Positions 44,812 to 54,716 of a stretch of DNA of 64,000 bases are shown here, in pieces (positions within the stretch are counted from its first letter, which is position 1; each line of letters opens with the position of its first letter). This DNA comes from an uncultured Oscillospiraceae bacterium (GTDB taxonomy: Bacteria; Bacillota; Clostridia; Oscillospirales; Acutalibacteraceae). The stretch lies in the NCBI GenBank assembly GCA_949283785.1, contig CASDTR010000003.1:2852-66851 (forward strand), in the 5' to 3' direction. Under the pieces are notes generated by a model. It was not told where the DNA came from. It made no database searches and worked only from the letters and a program-made list of their open reading frames with translations. A program made the translations under genes and the position numbers.

Positions 44812-44949
44812 ATAACCCTCCTCTTGAAACAAAATCAAATTTGCATATAACATTACGCTGATTGATTTTACTTCATTTAAAATTCGCATTATTAATTATA
44901 CTATATATTACATCCGTGTCAATACTAATATTTAATAAATGTGTATTTT

Positions 44950-44998
44950 TTGCAAAACAAAAACCCATATAAACCCGCGAACAGGTTTATATGGGTTT
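44950..44998. terminator. intrinsic terminator of the amino-acid ABC transporter operon (bidirectional hairpin)
   Basis: A 15-bp stem, aaacccatataaacc (44961-44975) / ggtttatatgggttt (44984-44998). On the minus strand it is followed by ttttgttttg. Confidence 0.75.
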
Positions 44999-45016
44999 TA
45001 CAATATTGTAATTCTA

Positions 45017-45856
45017 TTAAAGTACCTTCGAAAGGAACTCCTTGAGTCTCGGATTCTGAGGATTCTCAAAAAAATCTTTGGGATTGTTCTCTTCGATTAT
45101 CCTGCCTTCATCCATGAATATTACTCTCGTTCCAACCTCACGGGCAAATCCCATTTCGTGAGTGACTACAACCATGGTCATGCCGCTGTCTGCAAGGTCT
45201 TTCATCAGTGAAAGTACCTCTCCGACCATTTCGGGGTCAAGGGCCGACGTAGGCTCATCGAAGAGTATCACGTCAGGATTCATAGCCATAGAGCGTATAA
45301 TGGCCACACGCTGCTTCTGGCCGCCCGAAAGCTGTGAGGGATAGACATTTGCCTTATCTTCAAGTCCGATTCTCTTGAGCAGATCCATTGCGGTCTTTTT
45401 AGCCTCTTCCTTTATTTGAGCCTTACTCTTTTTGGATTTTTTAATTTCCTTTTTTACCTCGGCAACACTTTTTCCCGTCTCCTTGGCTTTCTCTTTAAGC
45501 TCTGCTTTTGTCATCTCGAGTTTTTTGCGGTTCTTATTGCCAACATAAACGGGAGCAAGCATTATATTCTCAAGAACGGTTTTATTGTTAAAAAGGTTGA
45601 AATGCTGAAAAACCATTCCCATTTTCTGACGGTGAACGTTTATATCAACCTTCATATCGGCTATATCCACGCCTTTGAAAATGATGCTGCCGGAAGTGGG
45701 ATCTTCCATGCAGTTGAGACATCTGAGAAAGGTGCTTTTTCCCGAGCCCGAGGGTCCGATCACAACAACCTTTTCGCCCTTTTCGATATTGATATTTATA
45801 TTTTTAAGAACATGGAGCTTTCCGAAGCTTTTATTAAGATTAATGACCTCTATCAC
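45017..45856 (-). CDS. polar amino-acid ABC transporter ATP-binding protein with a ~40-aa Lys-rich insertion
   Basis: It has Walker A (GPSGSGKST), the ABC signature ([11 protein letters not shown]), Walker B ([11 protein letters not shown]) and the H-loop (VVTHEM). An extra K/E-rich segment lies between the Q-loop region and the signature motif. Confidence 0.9.
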   Translation of the reverse strand: MIEVINLNKSFGKLHVLKNININIEKGEKVVVIGPSGSGKSTFLRCLNCMEDPTSGSIIFKGVDIADMKVDINVHRQKMGMVFQHFNLFNNKTVLENIMLAPVYVGNKNRKKLEMTKAELKEKAKETGKSVAEVKKEIKKSKKSKAQIKEEAKKTAMDLLKRIGLEDKANVYPSQLSGGQKQRVAIIRSMAMNPDVILFDEPTSALDPEMVGEVLSLMKDLADSGMTMVVVTHEMGFAREVGTRVIFMDEGRIIEENNPKDFFENPQNPRLKEFLSKVL

Positions 45857-46550
45857 TCTTCCTCAAACTCCTTTCCATAATCTTTATAAGCAGACTGATT
45901 ATAAGAACTATCGCTATATAAATAAGAGCCATTACAAGGTAAGGAACCATAAACTCGTAGTTGTTGGTACCGATATAATTAAAGGCAACATAAAGGTCCG
46001 TGGCGCCTACGAAGCTTACAACGGAGGTTTCCTTAATAAGTGCTATAAACTCATTGCCTAAAGTGGGGAGTATGTTCTTTACGGCCTGGGGTATAACTAT
46101 GCGCATCATTGTAGTGGCATAGCTCAGACCCAATGAGCGTCCGCCCTCCATCTGGCCTATATCCACCGACTGTATGCCGCTTCGCATAATTTCAGAAATA
46201 TACGCTCCGCTGTTCATGCCGAAAACCACTACAGAAACCGCTACGGAGCTGAGTCTCAATCCCATAATCGGAAGCATTACATAGTAGAAAACGAGAAGCT
46301 GTACCACAACGGGAGTGCCTCTGAACAAAGCTACATAAAAGCTGCATATTCCGTTGAGCACCTTCGGAAGTGTCTTGTATTTTGGCAGCACTCTTACGGT
46401 AGCAATGAGCGTACCTATGACAATGCCGATAAGCAAGCCGCAAACGGCGATTATCATGGTATTCTGCAATCCCGTCAATACGCTTCTGTATCCGCCGCCG
46501 TCAAGAAATGACCGCAGGAATGCATCCACTTTTACATCAAAATTTCCCAT
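45840..46550 (-). CDS. polar amino-acid ABC transporter permease (HisM/GlnP type)
   Basis: It has the EAA-type loop ([22 protein letters not shown]) and 5 TM helices. It overlaps the ATPase gene by 17 nt. Confidence 0.9.
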   Translation of the reverse strand: MGNFDVKVDAFLRSFLDGGGYRSVLTGLQNTMIIAVCGLLIGIVIGTLIATVRVLPKYKTLPKVLNGICSFYVALFRGTPVVVQLLVFYYVMLPIMGLRLSSVAVSVVVFGMNSGAYISEIMRSGIQSVDIGQMEGGRSLGLSYATTMMRIVIPQAVKNILPTLGNEFIALIKETSVVSFVGATDLYVAFNYIGTNNYEFMVPYLVMALIYIAIVLIISLLIKIMERSLRKSDRGH

Positions 46551-46571
46551 ATCACTTTTCCTTATTCATGC

Positions 46572-46604
46572 AACAAGCCTCACCTTGTTAGGGTGAGGTT
46601 TGTT
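46572..46604 (-). other. intercistronic stem-loop between the binding-protein and permease genes
   Basis: The minus-strand RNA is aacaaaCCUCACC-cuaacaa-GGUGAGGcuuguu (one A-C mismatch). There is no U-tract. Confidence 0.45.
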
Positions 46605-46633
46605 ATGGTTATTGTTCTGTCTGATATTAGGCC

Positions 46634-47488
46634 TTACGCCATTTCGTTGATTGCCTTTACAATCGCCTCGGCGGGGGCTTCGTCAACGATTACATAATTG
46701 ATGTTTCCGTTAACGAGATCCTGAATGGCAAGAGAGGCGTTCTTATAGCCGACGAAGGAAGCCTTAAGTCCGGGGAATCCGAAGCCTTCCATATCGCCCT
46801 GAACGTATGCGGCGCCTGTTGTGCCGTTCTGTCCGCCGATTTTGACTGTTGCGTCAAAGCCGTTGAGAATAGCCTCAACATCTTCCTTTGTCTTGCAGTT
46901 ATCAAATGTTGTATCGTCGCCCTTTACAACAACCTTCTGTGATGCCTGATAGTAGGAATCGGAGAATGTAACATACTTCTGACGTGTCTCGTTTACCGTA
47001 AGACCCGCCATTGCGATATCGCACTTCTGCTGGCCGACAGAAAGGCAAACAGCGTCAAAGTCCATGTTCTTTATAACAAGCTCTTTACCGAGTTTTTCGG
47101 CAAGGGCAGCAGCGATTTCCATATCTATTCCGAGATACTTGTCGCCGTCCATATACTCAAAGGGCTCAAAAGCCGCGTTTGTTGCAACTACAAGCTGATC
47201 CTTGGAAGAATCCTCTTCAGCTGACTCAACGGGTGTAGGTGTGCCCTCTGCGAAATACTTATTGCAGATCTCCTCAAAAGTGCCGTCCTCTTTGATTTCG
47301 GCGATAAAAGCATTTACCTGCTCGAGGAGCTCGGGCTGATTCTTGTCAACACCGAAAGCATAAACCTCATCGGTAAGCTTTATGTCGATTACCTTAACTT
47401 TTGCCGCATCTCCGCCACAGGCTGCGAAAGCCGCAACCATAAGTACGATTGCCATGAAAACCGAAAGAATTTTAACCGTTTTTTTCAT
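46634..47488 (-). CDS. amino-acid ABC transporter substrate-binding lipoprotein
   Basis: It has a signal peptide with a lipobox (MVAAFAACGG) and an SBP_bac_3-type body (LVVATNAAFEPFEYMDGDKYLGIDMEIA). Confidence 0.88.
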   Translation of the reverse strand: MKKTVKILSVFMAIVLMVAAFAACGGDAAKVKVIDIKLTDEVYAFGVDKNQPELLEQVNAFIAEIKEDGTFEEICNKYFAEGTPTPVESAEEDSSKDQLVVATNAAFEPFEYMDGDKYLGIDMEIAAALAEKLGKELVIKNMDFDAVCLSVGQQKCDIAMAGLTVNETRQKYVTFSDSYYQASQKVVVKGDDTTFDNCKTKEDVEAILNGFDATVKIGGQNGTTGAAYVQGDMEGFGFPGLKASFVGYKNASLAIQDLVNGNINYVIVDEAPAEAIVKAINEMA

Positions 47489-47521
47489 TACCTTGTCCTC
47501 CTTGGATTTCGTTATGTCAAT

Positions 47522-47549
47522 ATTATATCATTCTTTTCAATATAATCAA
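47522..47549 (-). promoter_or_regulatory. sigma-A-type promoter of the ABC transporter operon
   Basis: The minus strand reads TTGATT-16 nt-TATAAT, with a TGA extension (atgaTATAAT). Confidence 0.5.
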
Positions 47550-47574
47550 GTCCATTTTGCATATATCGCCCGAT

Positions 47575-48492
47575 TTAATGCATGAACATACATCTATGCC
47601 ATATAGTGTCGGCAAGCCTTTGCATATCCTGGGGAAGAGGCGACGTTATGCACATTTTTTCGCCTGTGACGGGATGCATGAATTCGAGTCTGCCGCAGTG
47701 AAGGGCGTGTCTTTTTATCATTTCACAGCTTCCGCCGTACATATCATCTCCCGCCAGAGGCGTCCCCAAATGGGAAAAATGAACCCTTATCTGATGCGTC
47801 CTGCCCGTTTCGAGATTTATCTCCAGCAGAGAAAGACCTTTTCCGCTTTTTATGCATTTCCAGTGAGTAACGGCCCTGTCGCCCTTTTCGCCTGCTGCGC
47901 GCAGGGTTTTCATTGGATCGGGGCGGTATATGGGCACATCTACGGTGCCCTCCCCTGAATATTCCCCCTGTACAACTGCGTAATAGGTCTTTTTTATCTC
48001 CCCCGCCCGGAGCTCGTCCGACAGTCTGGAGGCGGCGAAGGGATTGAGGGCGCACAAAACTATCCCCGAGGTATCTTTATCCAGCCGTCCGATGGAGCGG
48101 AAAGCCCCCGTGTCACCTTTTTCGCTCAGATAAAAAGCTACCGCATTGGCGAGGGTGTCTCCCTGATGATTGTGGGTGGGATGCATCGCAAGACCCGCTT
48201 GTTTATTTATAAGCAGGATATCCTCATCCTCATAAATAACGTCTATGGGTATATTTATAGGCTCAATGGAGGATTCCTCCTGAGGTATATTAATTTCGAT
48301 AATTTCTCCTGCTTTTACTTTATCCACAGTTCTTATTTTTTCACCGTTTCTCATCATTCCGTCGGGATACTGCTTTAAACTCATGGCAAGACGGTATGAC
48401 ATTTTAACATGACTTCTCAGAAAATGTATCAGCTTTGCCCCGTCCATTTCTTCGGGGACGGCAAATTCAAGTTTACGCTTCATTTTTATCAA
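47575..48492 (-). CDS. RluA-family pseudouridine synthase (RluD-like, with an N-terminal S4-like region)
   Basis: It has the catalytic motif GRLDKDTSGIVL and the conserved RTHQIRVH segment. It is 305 aa. Confidence 0.88.
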   Translation of the reverse strand: MIKMKRKLEFAVPEEMDGAKLIHFLRSHVKMSYRLAMSLKQYPDGMMRNGEKIRTVDKVKAGEIIEINIPQEESSIEPINIPIDVIYEDEDILLINKQAGLAMHPTHNHQGDTLANAVAFYLSEKGDTGAFRSIGRLDKDTSGIVLCALNPFAASRLSDELRAGEIKKTYYAVVQGEYSGEGTVDVPIYRPDPMKTLRAAGEKGDRAVTHWKCIKSGKGLSLLEINLETGRTHQIRVHFSHLGTPLAGDDMYGGSCEMIKRHALHCGRLEFMHPVTGEKMCITSPLPQDMQRLADTIWHRCMFMH

Positions 48493-48540
48493 CTCTTCGT
48501 CAGGCTTTTATTATTGATTCGCTTTATCAATCTATAGATA

Positions 48541-49611
48541 TTATATCTTCCCGTATATTCCTTTAATTTGTTCATAATACTGTTTTTCATCGCTGAATGA
48601 ACTTAAACCGCCGATTTGGCTGAAGGTTCCAATAAGCGGAATATTTTTTAACGGTGTACCGACAAGTTTTTCCGCTGCAGCTTCAGCAAATTTTTCAGCA
48701 AAAATAACTTTGATATCCCTGCCGAAATACGACTCTATTTTATAGTCTATGAATGGTGTTATTTCGCTTTTGTTATGTAAATCCGCTACCAGCGCTTGGG
48801 ATTGTACAAGCCAATCTTCACGCTGTTCTACAGTTTCAGCGTGAAGGGCTGCATATATGGATTTTTTAATGTCAATTTCTATATCCAATTTGTTAAACGC
48901 AGTACCAAACCATTTACTGTAAGGGGCATAAGTCTTTTGATATAAAAAACATAATCGCATGAGCCTTTCAGCTATTCTTGCACATATAATTATTGACCCC
49001 ATTTCATCGCCTGTTTCTCCGCATCTTTTAACAAAAGCTTGTTCGCAGGCAATAATATTCCAATTTGATGCGATTAAATAATTTCTGACATCATCAGGGT
49101 AATATTTTAATAACATCAATTTATCTGCAATATGTAATTTATCAACAAACATTTTTCCGGATACTAACGACAACAATCTATGTTCTGAAAAAGATAACCA
49201 ATCTGACGGATGCAGGTTTTCTAAATTTGATGTTCCCAATTCATCATATAAAAACTCGTCAAAAGTCTGTATGAAAATAAGCGGATTAACTTTTCCGCTG
49301 CTTATAAGCTCAGCATGCTGTACACCGTTATCATTGGGATCAGGCTTAGTAAAATTTACACTGTATCCTTTATACTGATAAGGCAAAAATTCGGATAGTG
49401 TTTCAAATATTTCCGCTTTCTTCTCAATATCATCACTTTTCAGAAACATATAAAATCTCGGCCCCCACATGTGATCTTGAGAAACTTCATCGTCATAACC
49501 CAAAACGTCGGAACCGTATCCTATAAGTCCCGCAGAATATTCTAAATCAGGGTAATTTTTTTCAATAATCGGCTGCGCAGCTTCAAAGAAAAATGATCTG
49601 CATAAATCCAA
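48541..49611 (-). CDS. DUF4037-like protein (nucleotidyltransferase-fold associated), AT-rich
   Basis: The N-terminal pattern LIGYGSDVLGYDDEVSQDHMWGPRFYMFL matches what I recall of DUF4037. It is 356 aa. Confidence 0.55.
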   Translation of the reverse strand: MDLCRSFFFEAAQPIIEKNYPDLEYSAGLIGYGSDVLGYDDEVSQDHMWGPRFYMFLKSDDIEKKAEIFETLSEFLPYQYKGYSVNFTKPDPNDNGVQHAELISSGKVNPLIFIQTFDEFLYDELGTSNLENLHPSDWLSFSEHRLLSLVSGKMFVDKLHIADKLMLLKYYPDDVRNYLIASNWNIIACEQAFVKRCGETGDEMGSIIICARIAERLMRLCFLYQKTYAPYSKWFGTAFNKLDIEIDIKKSIYAALHAETVEQREDWLVQSQALVADLHNKSEITPFIDYKIESYFGRDIKVIFAEKFAEAAAEKLVGTPLKNIPLIGTFSQIGGLSSFSDEKQYYEQIKGIYGKI

Positions 49612-49720
49612 TCCCTTAATAATCTCACCCCATTTTTATAAAGTGATTTATATTGTACCGTAATATCTTGTTAAATACAATGCGGCAGAATTTTAAACAT
49701 GCAAAACAAATTATTTTGTA

Positions 49721-49754
49721 AATACAAAATGCGGCATCCGTATTCGGATGCCGC
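49721..49754 (-). terminator. intrinsic terminator of the alpha operon (after rplQ)
   Basis: The stem gcggcatccg (49731-49740) / cggatgccgc (49745-49754) is followed on the minus strand by attttgtattt. Confidence 0.8.
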
Positions 49755-49782
49755 AAAGGTTACCATTTATATTATCAATTAA

Positions 49783-50133
49783 TCAGACAAGCTCGATGAT
49801 GCACATCTCCGCTGCGTCACCGCGGCGGGGGCCTGTTTTGATAATACGGCAATAACCGCCGTTCTTTTCTTTATACTTGGGGGCAATCTCTGTGAACAGC
49901 TTCTTGACTACATCTTCCTTTGTGATGTAAGCGAGAGCTGTACGCTTTGCCTGAAGGCTGTCGTCCTTGGCAACAGTAATCATTTTCTCTGCCATAGCAC
50001 GGACTTCCTTTGCCCTTGTAACGGTGGTTTCTATTCTGCCATTCTCCAAGAGATAGGTTACCATAGCTCTGAGCATTGCTCTTCTGTGGTCGGTTGTACG
50101 GCCAAGCTTTCTGGTACCGGGCATTAAAATCAC
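49783..50133 (-). CDS. rplQ: 50S ribosomal protein L17
   Basis: It has conserved L17 sequence ([16 protein letters not shown]...) and lies after rpoA. Confidence 0.97.
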   Translation of the reverse strand: MILMPGTRKLGRTTDHRRAMLRAMVTYLLENGRIETTVTRAKEVRAMAEKMITVAKDDSLQAKRTALAYITKEDVVKKLFTEIAPKYKEKNGGYCRIIKTGPRRGDAAEMCIIELV

Positions 50134-50163
50134 TCCTTTACCGTTATTGGTATGAAATCGGTT

Positions 50164-51114
50164 TTATTCCTCTTCCTTGCGAAGACCGAAACCGAGGGTA
50201 TCAAGCTTAGCTACAACCTCATCAAGAGATTTACGGCCAAGGTTTCTAACCTTCATCATATCGTCTTCTGTTTTACCGATAAGGTCTTCAACCGTATTGA
50301 TGCCCGCCCTCTTAAGGCAATTGTAGGAGCGGACAGAAAGGTCAAGTTCCTCAATGGTCATCTCCAACACTTTCTCTTTACCGTTGTCATCCTTGACAAC
50401 CATAATTTCAGTGTCATAAGCCTCCTCAGAGAGGTCAACAAACAGGTTGAGGTGCTCGTTGAGGATCTTGGCTCCCAACGAAACGGCTTCCTTGGCGGAG
50501 ATTGTTCCGTTGGTCCACACTTCAAGCGTAAGCTTGTCATAGTCGGTAATCTGGCCTACGCGTGTGTTTTCAACTGTATAGTTCACCTTGAGAACAGGTG
50601 TGTAAATTGAATCAATCGCAATTACTCCGATTGCAGGCTGCATAAGCTGCTTATTGCGCTCGGCAGGCACATATCCTCTGCCCTTGTCAACAGTGAGCTC
50701 CATGCTTACATGAGCGTCGCTGTCAAGAGAGGCGATATGGTGGTCGGGGTTGAGGATCTCAACCTCGGAATCCGCCTTGATGCTGCCGGCAGTGATTTCG
50801 CCTTCACCGCTTGCCTCGATGTAAACGGTCTTGGGACCGTCACCGTGAATCTTGAGGATTACTCCCTTAAGGTTCAGAACTATCTCGGTTACGTCCTCCT
50901 TAACTCCGGGAAGAGTGGAGAATTCGTGAAGTGCGCCTTCAATCTTAACGGAAGTGATGGCGTAGCCCGGAAGTGAGGAAAGGATAACTCTTCTCAGGCT
51001 GTTGCCGAGAGTTGTTCCGTAGCCTCTCTCAAGGGGTTCAAGAGTGAACTTGCCGTAGGTTCCGTCAAGCGCTAAATCGGTAGCTTCGATTATGGGCTTT
51101 TCGATTTCAATCAT
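50164..51114 (-). CDS. rpoA: DNA-directed RNA polymerase subunit alpha
   Basis: It has conserved RpoA N-terminal and C-terminal domains ([20 protein letters not shown]-type; [13 protein letters not shown]). Confidence 0.97.
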   Translation of the reverse strand: MIEIEKPIIEATDLALDGTYGKFTLEPLERGYGTTLGNSLRRVILSSLPGYAITSVKIEGALHEFSTLPGVKEDVTEIVLNLKGVILKIHGDGPKTVYIEASGEGEITAGSIKADSEVEILNPDHHIASLDSDAHVSMELTVDKGRGYVPAERNKQLMQPAIGVIAIDSIYTPVLKVNYTVENTRVGQITDYDKLTLEVWTNGTISAKEAVSLGAKILNEHLNLFVDLSEEAYDTEIMVVKDDNGKEKVLEMTIEELDLSVRSYNCLKRAGINTVEDLIGKTEDDMMKVRNLGRKSLDEVVAKLDTLGFGLRKEEE

Positions 51115-51189
51115 TTCAAAACCCTCCTTATTTTTAGCAGCTTAAAGCTGCATGTGAGTAGTCCTTCACAATACTGTCAGGCGACACTA

Positions 51190-51816
51190 TTATTTAGAAT
51201 AGAACTCAACGATGAGATGCTCTTCAACGGGAACCTCAATCTGATCACGGGTGGGAAGATTGAGAACCTTTGCTGAGAAAGCTTCTCTGTCAAGGTCAAG
51301 CCACTGAGGAACGGGACGTGCGCCGTTTGTCTCAAGAACTGCCTTGAACTTTTCGCTGTCACGGCTCTTCTGGCGAATCGTTACAACGTCTCCGGCCTTG
51401 AGAAGGTAAGAGGGAATGTCAACTCTCTTGCCGTTGACCTCATAGTGACCGTGGTTTACAAGCTGTCTTGCCTCGATTCTGGAGCTTGCCCAGCCGAGAA
51501 GATAGACAACGTTGTCTATACGGCTTTCGCAAATCTGGAGCAGGTTGTCACCGGTAACGCCCTGTTTGCGCTCTGCCATAAGGAAATATTTATGGAACTG
51601 GCCTTCCTGAATACCGTAGTAACGTTTAGCCTGCTGCTTTGCGCGAAGCTGAAGACCATACTCGGAAGACTTTTTGCGGCCCTGACCATGCTGTCCGGGA
51701 GCATAAGCACGGCGTGCAAGAGCACACTTGTCTGTATAGCATCTTGAGCCTTTAAGGAAAAGCTTTTTGCCCTCACGGCGGCAAAGTTTACATACCGCGT
51801 CGGTATATCTTGCCAT
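51190..51816 (-). CDS. rpsD: 30S ribosomal protein S4
   Basis: It begins [16 protein letters not shown]... and sits in the canonical position. Confidence 0.97.
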   Translation of the reverse strand: MARYTDAVCKLCRREGKKLFLKGSRCYTDKCALARRAYAPGQHGQGRKKSSEYGLQLRAKQQAKRYYGIQEGQFHKYFLMAERKQGVTGDNLLQICESRIDNVVYLLGWASSRIEARQLVNHGHYEVNGKRVDIPSYLLKAGDVVTIRQKSRDSEKFKAVLETNGARPVPQWLDLDREAFSAKVLNLPTRDQIEVPVEEHLIVEFYSK

Positions 51817-51840
51817 GTGGTTACACCTCCAAAAATTAGG

Positions 51841-52248
51841 TTATACTCGTCTTCTTTTGGGCGGACGGCATCCGTTGTGGGGGATGGGAGTAACATCCTT
51901 GATCATGTTAACCTCAAGACCCGCGGTCTGAAGAGCTCTGATAGCTGCTTCACGTCCTGCTCCGGGACCCTTAACGTAAACTTCAACAGTCTTCATGCCA
52001 TGCTCCATAGCTGCCTTAGCTGCTGTTTCAGCGGCTGTCTGTGCAGCGTAGGGAGTTGACTTTCTTGAACCTCTGAAGCCCATTTCGCCGGCGCTTGCCC
52101 AGGAAACGGCATTACCCTGAGTATCCGTAATGGTAACAATTGTGTTGTTGAATGTGGACTGGATATGTGCAGCGCCACGCTCAATGTTTTTGCGTTCACG
52201 GCGGCGGCGTGTAGCAGCCGTCTTCTTAGCGGAACCCTTAGTAGCCAT
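51841..52248 (-). CDS. rpsK: 30S ribosomal protein S11
   Basis: It has conserved S11 sequence ([18 protein letters not shown]...). Confidence 0.97.
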   Translation of the reverse strand: MATKGSAKKTAATRRRRERKNIERGAAHIQSTFNNTIVTITDTQGNAVSWASAGEMGFRGSRKSTPYAAQTAAETAAKAAMEHGMKTVEVYVKGPGAGREAAIRALQTAGLEVNMIKDVTPIPHNGCRPPKRRRV

Positions 52249-52264
52249 TCGTATCCCTCCTAGC

Positions 52265-52633
52265 TTATTTCTTCTTGTTAGCTATCGTCTTCTTCGGACC
52301 CTTGCGTGTACGTGCGTTTGTCTTTGAACGCTGTCCTCTTACGGGCAGGCCCTTGCGGTGACGCACACCACGATAGCAACCGATTTCGATAAGCCTTTTG
52401 ATATCAAACGCTGTTTCACGGCGAAGGTCACCCTCTACCTTAACGTTGTGGTCTATATACTCACGAAGCTTTGAAACATCGTCCTCGCTTAAATCCTTAA
52501 CTCTTGTTTCGGGATTTACGCCTGTTGCTGCAATAATGTCGCCGGCTGTTTTACGACCGATGCCGAAGATGTAAGTAAGAGCAATCTCAACTTTCTTATC
52601 TCTGGGCAGGTCAACACCTGAAATACGCGCCAT
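52265..52633 (-). CDS. rpsM: 30S ribosomal protein S13
   Basis: It begins [26 protein letters not shown]... Confidence 0.97.
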   Translation of the reverse strand: MARISGVDLPRDKKVEIALTYIFGIGRKTAGDIIAATGVNPETRVKDLSEDDVSKLREYIDHNVKVEGDLRRETAFDIKRLIEIGCYRGVRHRKGLPVRGQRSKTNARTRKGPKKTIANKKK

Positions 52634-52671
52634 TTGTCAGTTGCACCTCCATTTACTGGTTTGCGCCGGGA

Positions 52672-52785
52672 TCAGCCCTGACGCTGCTTGTGCTTGGGAT
52701 TCTCACAGATAACCATGACTTTTCCCTTGCGTTTAATTATCTTACACTTTTCGCAAATTTTCTTGACAGAAGGTCTGACTTTCAT
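52672..52785 (-). CDS. rpmJ: 50S ribosomal protein L36 (zinc-binding C+ form)
   Basis: It is absent from the ORF track (37 aa). My translation is [37 protein letters not shown]. Confidence 0.95.
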   Translation of the reverse strand: MKVRPSVKKICEKCKIIKRKGKVMVICENPKHKQRQG

Positions 52786-52810
52786 TATAGAATACCTCCT
52801 TAGCTGAAAG

Positions 52811-53029
52811 CTATTTAGAACGCCATGTTATACGCCCGCGTGTGAAGTCATATGGCGACATTTCGACTTTCACCTTATCTCCCGGAAGTATGCGTATATA
52901 ATTCATACGAAGCTTTCCGGAAATATGGGCTAAAATTCTGTGGCCGTTTTCCAGCTCAACCTTGAATGTTGCGTTGGGCAGGGACTCAACCACCGTACCC
53001 TCAATCTCGATCATTTCCTGTTTTGACAC
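52811..53029 (-). CDS. infA: translation initiation factor IF-1
   Basis: It begins [30 protein letters not shown]... (S1-like IF-1). Confidence 0.97.
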   Translation of the reverse strand: MSKQEMIEIEGTVVESLPNATFKVELENGHRILAHISGKLRMNYIRILPGDKVKVEMSPYDFTRGRITWRSK

Positions 53030-53041
53030 AACTAACCCTCC

Positions 53042-53296
53042 TTACAGTTTACTTTCTTTTTCAGCGAATTTCGCCAAAGCTTTTCTCAAGCTGCAATCGT
53101 TTGCCATCTCCAGCTCGGTTAAAACCGTTTTCGCAGCACATATATGCCGCAGGTTCTTAGCCTTCGGTCTCGCCAAAGGCCTTTGCTTTCCGTCGCAGAG
53201 CAAAACTCTGTTCGCCTGAAAGCCTACAACGGCAAGAAAGCTGCCGGCGTCTCTGCCGGACTTTGAAAAAACCACGCTGCCGACTTTAATCTCCAT
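53042..53296 (-). CDS. KOW-domain small RNA-binding protein (between map and infA)
   Basis: I moved the start to ATG 53296 behind AAGGAGG. The sequence MEIKVGSVVFSKSGRDAGSFLAVVG... has a KOW-like motif. Its position is conserved in Clostridia-type spc/alpha clusters. Confidence 0.7.
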   Translation of the reverse strand: MEIKVGSVVFSKSGRDAGSFLAVVGFQANRVLLCDGKQRPLARPKAKNLRHICAAKTVLTELEMANDCSLRKALAKFAEKESKL

Positions 53297-53306
53297 GACA
53301 GCCTCC

Positions 53307-54056
53307 TTATAATACTGTGAGTATCTGGGGACCGTCTGCCGTGATGGCGATTGTATGCTCAAAATGGGCTGAAAGCTTACCGTCAAGGGTTACGACTGTC
53401 CAGCCGTCCGCCAGGGTTTCCACCCTTTCCGTGCCCTGATTTATCATGGGCTCGATAGCTATAGTCATGCCCGGCAGAAGCCTTACGCCTCTGCCCGGTG
53501 TGCCGAAATTCGGTACACTGGGGTCTTCATGAAGTTTTGCGCCTACGCCGTGTCCGACAAACTGTCTTACTACGCCGTAGCCTCTCGCCTCGCAATAGCT
53601 TGATACCGCCGCTCCAATGTCGCCTATTCGTCCGCCAGCGACAGCAGCCCTGATGCCTTCGTAAAGGCTCTCGCGTGTAGTGTCGCACAGCCGCTTTGCC
53701 TCCGGTGAAATATCACCTACCGCAAATGTGGCGGCGTTGTCGCCATTGAAGCCGTCGATTTTAGCGCCAAGGTCGATGCTGACAATGTCGCCCGCCTTGA
53801 GCACCCGCTTCTTGCTGGGAATACCATGAATAACCTCGTTATTTATGGAAATGCATGCGGTAGCCGGAAAGCCGTACAAGTTAAGGAAATTCGGCTCAGC
53901 GCCGCATTTCTTAATGTAATCGTAGGCCACGCGGTCGATCTCGTAAGTTGTCACCCCGGGCTCAACCGCCTCGCCGGCTGCCTTTAATGCTCCCGCGGAA
54001 ATCCGGCATGCCTCTCGCATTAAAGCCAGTTCACGCTTTGTTTTCAGCACTATCAT
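53307..54056 (-). CDS. map: type I methionyl aminopeptidase
   Basis: It has the conserved MetAP-I metal-ligand pattern (DIVSIDLG, FVGHGVG, TIAIEPM, HFEHTI). Confidence 0.95.
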   Translation of the reverse strand: MIVLKTKRELALMREACRISAGALKAAGEAVEPGVTTYEIDRVAYDYIKKCGAEPNFLNLYGFPATACISINNEVIHGIPSKKRVLKAGDIVSIDLGAKIDGFNGDNAATFAVGDISPEAKRLCDTTRESLYEGIRAAVAGGRIGDIGAAVSSYCEARGYGVVRQFVGHGVGAKLHEDPSVPNFGTPGRGVRLLPGMTIAIEPMINQGTERVETLADGWTVVTLDGKLSAHFEHTIAITADGPQILTVL

Positions 54057-54058
54057 GC

Positions 54059-54691
54059 TTAATCCTCCAGTGCGCGGAAGGTTGCCGCCGTGGTATCCGC
54101 CACGTCTTCCTGTCCTTCCACTATGCGAAGCTTACCTTTCTTCGCATAAAAATCCTTCAGGGGCTCTGTCTGCTCATGGTAAACCTTGAGTCTGTCAAGC
54201 ACCGTATCAGGATGGTCATCCTTTCGCTGTACAAGCTCTCCGCCGCAAAGGTTGCATATTCCTTCCTTCTCCGGCTTTTTGTAAAGCAGATGATAGGAAG
54301 CTCCGCATTCCTTGCATACGCGGCGGCCTGACATTCTGGCCGTGATTTTCTCATCGGGCACTTCGATGTCGATGACCTTATCGATTTCCACGCCCATTTC
54401 ATCCAAAGCCTCAGCCTGGGGAATGGTGCGGGGGAAACCGTCTAAAATGAAGCCGTTTGCACAGTCATTCTGGGCAAGTCTGTCCTTAATTATACCGATT
54501 ACCACCTCGTCGGGGACGAGCTGACCGGCATCAATGTAGGATTTGGCTTTGAGGCCCATCTCAGTGCCGTTTTTAAGGGCTTCGCGGATTATATTACCCG
54601 TTGAGATTGCGGGGATTGAGAGCTTTTCGCAGATTTTTTCAGCCTGCGTGCCCTTCCCCGCACCGGGTGCGCCAAGAAGTATGAGTTTCAT
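54059..54691 (-). CDS. adk: adenylate kinase (zinc-finger lid)
   Basis: It starts MKLILLGAPGAGKGTQ at ATG 54691, behind AGAAGGAGAG. The lid has CKECG...CNLCGG. Confidence 0.96.
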   Translation of the reverse strand: MKLILLGAPGAGKGTQAEKICEKLSIPAISTGNIIREALKNGTEMGLKAKSYIDAGQLVPDEVVIGIIKDRLAQNDCANGFILDGFPRTIPQAEALDEMGVEIDKVIDIEVPDEKITARMSGRRVCKECGASYHLLYKKPEKEGICNLCGGELVQRKDDHPDTVLDRLKVYHEQTEPLKDFYAKKGKLRIVEGQEDVADTTAATFRALED

Positions 54692-54716
54692 CTTTATCTC
54701 TCCTTCTCTGACATTA

